Source: Antedon mediterranea
Lineage: Eukaryota; Animalia; Echinodermata
Direction: 5' to 3'
Length of the DNA stretch: 64,000 bases
Assembly: GCF_964355755.1 (NCBI RefSeq)
Contig: NC_092671.1
Location: forward strand, 19,654,001-19,718,000
Shown: piece by piece, positions 61,580 to 64,000 of the stretch
Layout: the number at the start of each line of letters is the position of its first letter
How positions within the stretch are numbered: the stretch's first letter is position 1
Translations under genes and position numbers: made by a program
Notes under the pieces: model-generated
The model's database searches: none
The model's input: the letters and a program-made list of their open reading frames with translations, nothing else
What the model was told of the DNA's origin: nothing

Positions 61580-62400
61580 ATAATAAACTAATAACAACTT
61601 TATTTAAAAACGGATGCAACACTTGGATCACCAGATTGGTGTTTTTCACAAGGCCGTTACTTACTACAAAACTATTTACACAATTTATCATTTACAGTAC
61701 ATAATGATTAAAAAAACTATACAAAAAAATGATTTCATGAAAAACATAGAGTTTCAAGTATATCTTATCTTCAGTCATTTATTATTTTTTTTAATATATG
61801 TATATTAGGAGCTGTAATTGAATTTGAGTTTATAGCATTTAAACTATTCCATAGCTTTGCGCCAGAATACGAGAAACTTTTCTTTTTGTACTCAGTGTTT
61901 GCCTTATGTAAACTTATAATATCTTTTGATCTAGTATTATATGTTTGTTTGCGTTCATAGAATCTGTTTCTTAAGTAGGATGGTGTTAAGTTATTCATTA
62001 TTTTATACATTGTGACTGCTTCGTTATAATATTGTTTTTCGTCTAAATTAGGCAAATTAAAATCTTTGAGCGCATGTGAGCTAGAGTCATACCTAGATGT
62101 ATGTGTAATTATTTTGGCTGCTCTATTTTGGAGTACTTGGAGTTTATATTTGAGGGTTTGGTTATAAACACCCATACAACATTGCAGTAGTCAAAATGGT
62201 GGGCTATGATAGATTTGTACATTAATGATTGAATACTTTGAGGGAAAATATTGCTGCATGTTTTTAGATAGTAAAGACCTGATATTACTTTATTTTTTAC
62301 TTGATCTATTGTTAATGCCATTTTAAATTTTCATCGATAATGACACCTAAATGTTTACAGTTACTTACTTTTTCAAGTTTTTTACCTTCTATATTAATAT
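61580..62400 (-). mobile_element. 5'-truncated L2/CR1-type LINE
   Basis: KHLGVII, HFDYCNVVW, LQVLQNRAAKII, KSFSYSGAKLWNSL; AATAAA plus TTA-type tail near 61580-61605. Confidence 0.88.
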
Positions 62401-62820
62401 TAATATCCATGTTAATGAGTAATATCTTACACGAGAAGCCTGCAAAGAAAATAGAAATTCTAACTTTTTAAATGAAAATATTAAAAAAAAAAGTAAGATT
62501 ATGTTGATATTATTTGATGACAACGCCAGGATCGCACCAGAAATTTGTTAATATTGACACAATAATTATTTTGCAAGTATTGGTATAGCAGAAACAATTT
62601 ATTTTTACAAACCTAAATTTTAAAGAGCAATGTTCACTTTAAATTATGATCCATTGTGATTATTATACAGAGTTGAATTATTTTAAGATGTAATATATTA
62701 TTTGCATTGGATCGCAATTGATTGAGGTGAAAACAAATAATTAGTTGAAGAAGATGGTCATTAAATGAATTATTACTATTGGAAATGATACAATATAGTA
62801 AAGTAGGCTGAAAATAAATT

Positions 62821-63362
62821 ACGGTGCCTTGCGGAGAGGATACGGAAAACCAAAGGCTAAGGGTCCAATCCCCGACAGAAAAGGTGTTGTTGTAAATGAC
62901 AGCAAAGGGCATGACACATAGCGTAAAATGGCCATTGTGTTACCGATCTAGAGATGTCCAAGCTTTAAACTAAATGACAGCTGCTAGTATACAGCGAGGA
63001 AGGCAACGGGAAACCACCCCAATGTTAAATATTCCCGGTGTGTCCGCTTGAAGATGAACAAAATGTAAATGAAGAAAGTCTGGGATCAATATTTTTAAAA
63101 GATGAAATTACAAAAGGAATTAAAAGACTACATGAAAGAAAAGCTGAAGGCATAGATGGGATACCTGCAGAGATGATAAAACAATTAGGAGAAGTAGCAA
63201 CCTTGGAACTTACCAAACTCTCTAACAAAATCTACACACAAGGAAAATGGCCAGCGGATTTCACTAAATCTGTAGTAATACCCTTGGAGAAAAAAGTAAA
63301 CACCCAACGATGTGATGAACACCGAACGATAAGTCTCATAACGCATACATCTAAGATAACAC
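62821..63362 (+). mobile_element. RTE-clade LINE fragment (5' UTR plus pre-RT region, internally deleted)
   Basis: KAEGIDGIPAEMIK...WPADFTKSVVIPLEKK...CDEHRTISLITHTSKI; 5' motif gaggaaggcaacgggaaaccacc resembles RTE/BovB leader sequence. Confidence 0.8.
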
Positions 63363-63366
63363 TTAA

Positions 63367-64000
63367 AGGCCAGGTGCGCGCAAAACATTTCTATTGATCA
63401 TACATTCCAATAATTATCGATCTATAGTTTCCCCTATGTTTCATAATTTTTGGGATTTTATTTGTGTTACACGAGCTTGTTGAAAATAAGCACTTTCTTA
63501 TCAGTGGGGGGATAGTTCAAATTACACAGTAAAATCTCTATTCTTTTGTACACAAATTTTGTAAATAGAGAGGCATTTTAAAAAGCTACGAAAAATAAAC
63601 AGTGTGGTAAAAAAATTTTTCAGATGACTAATTATAGGTAATATAACTTGAATATTACATTTCTGGAATTTTTATTCAACTTCAAATTTTTATTTTCATG
63701 CTATAGCAAAAATTATCCACCGTATATCCACCATCTTTTTTCACCTTCTAGGGAGTCACAAGACATGTTATTACATTAGGTTAACTATACCTAACTACTG
63801 AAAAAAGGTCTTCCTGGTTTTTATGGAAGAATTTTGCAAAATTTTGTATTTGGCCATATTAAGGGAAATTCATGTTTTTTCGTCTTGATTTCTGTTACAA
63901 ATATTTGATTTATGTACAATTAACCAAATATTATATTTAACATTCATGCCTGTACTTAAGGCATTAAATGACAGATTGGCATCAAAACTTGCAGAGTATA
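63367..64000. mobile_element. Possible Kolobok-like TTAA|AGG element truncating the RTE
   Basis: RTE homology stops abruptly at ttaa|aggccaggtgcgc; no matching right TIR within the window. Confidence 0.35.

Overview
AT-rich, intron-containing animal genomic DNA (invertebrate; a deuterostome such as an echinoderm is my inference, not established). Two spliced protein-coding genes can be rebuilt by hand on the minus strand with GT-AG junctions and consistent phases. One is lysophosphatidic acid phosphatase type 6 (ACP6-like, 8 coding exons, 10492-17974, ~434 aa). The other is an activin type II receptor Ser/Thr kinase (ACVR2-like, 6 coding exons, 37997-48627, ~518 aa). Each has a probable non-coding first exon followed by a TAGGCCTA-rich tract. 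The rest is transposon-derived: Helentron-type HINEs, a Helitron 5' end, PIF/Harbinger-, piggyBac- and Mutator/foldback-like non-autonomous elements, a tRNA-head CORE-type SINE, a solo LTR and LINE fragments (L1/Tx1, CR1/L2, RTE). Highlights: (i) a ~5 kb, 97-bp hairpin satellite with a 1284-bp higher-order duplication that appears to have grown from one arm of a foldback element next to the ACP6 5' end; (ii) a minimal type-I hammerhead ribozyme in a 166-bp Penelope-like insert nested in a HINE; (iii) a possible half HDV-like ribozyme ahead of an RTE; (iv) a LINE-interrupted orphan exon; (v) a 12-Cys ACVR2 ectodomain and an intron-poor ACVR2 structure. No CRISPR array, rRNA or genuine tRNA was found. 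All calls were made by eye without database searches.
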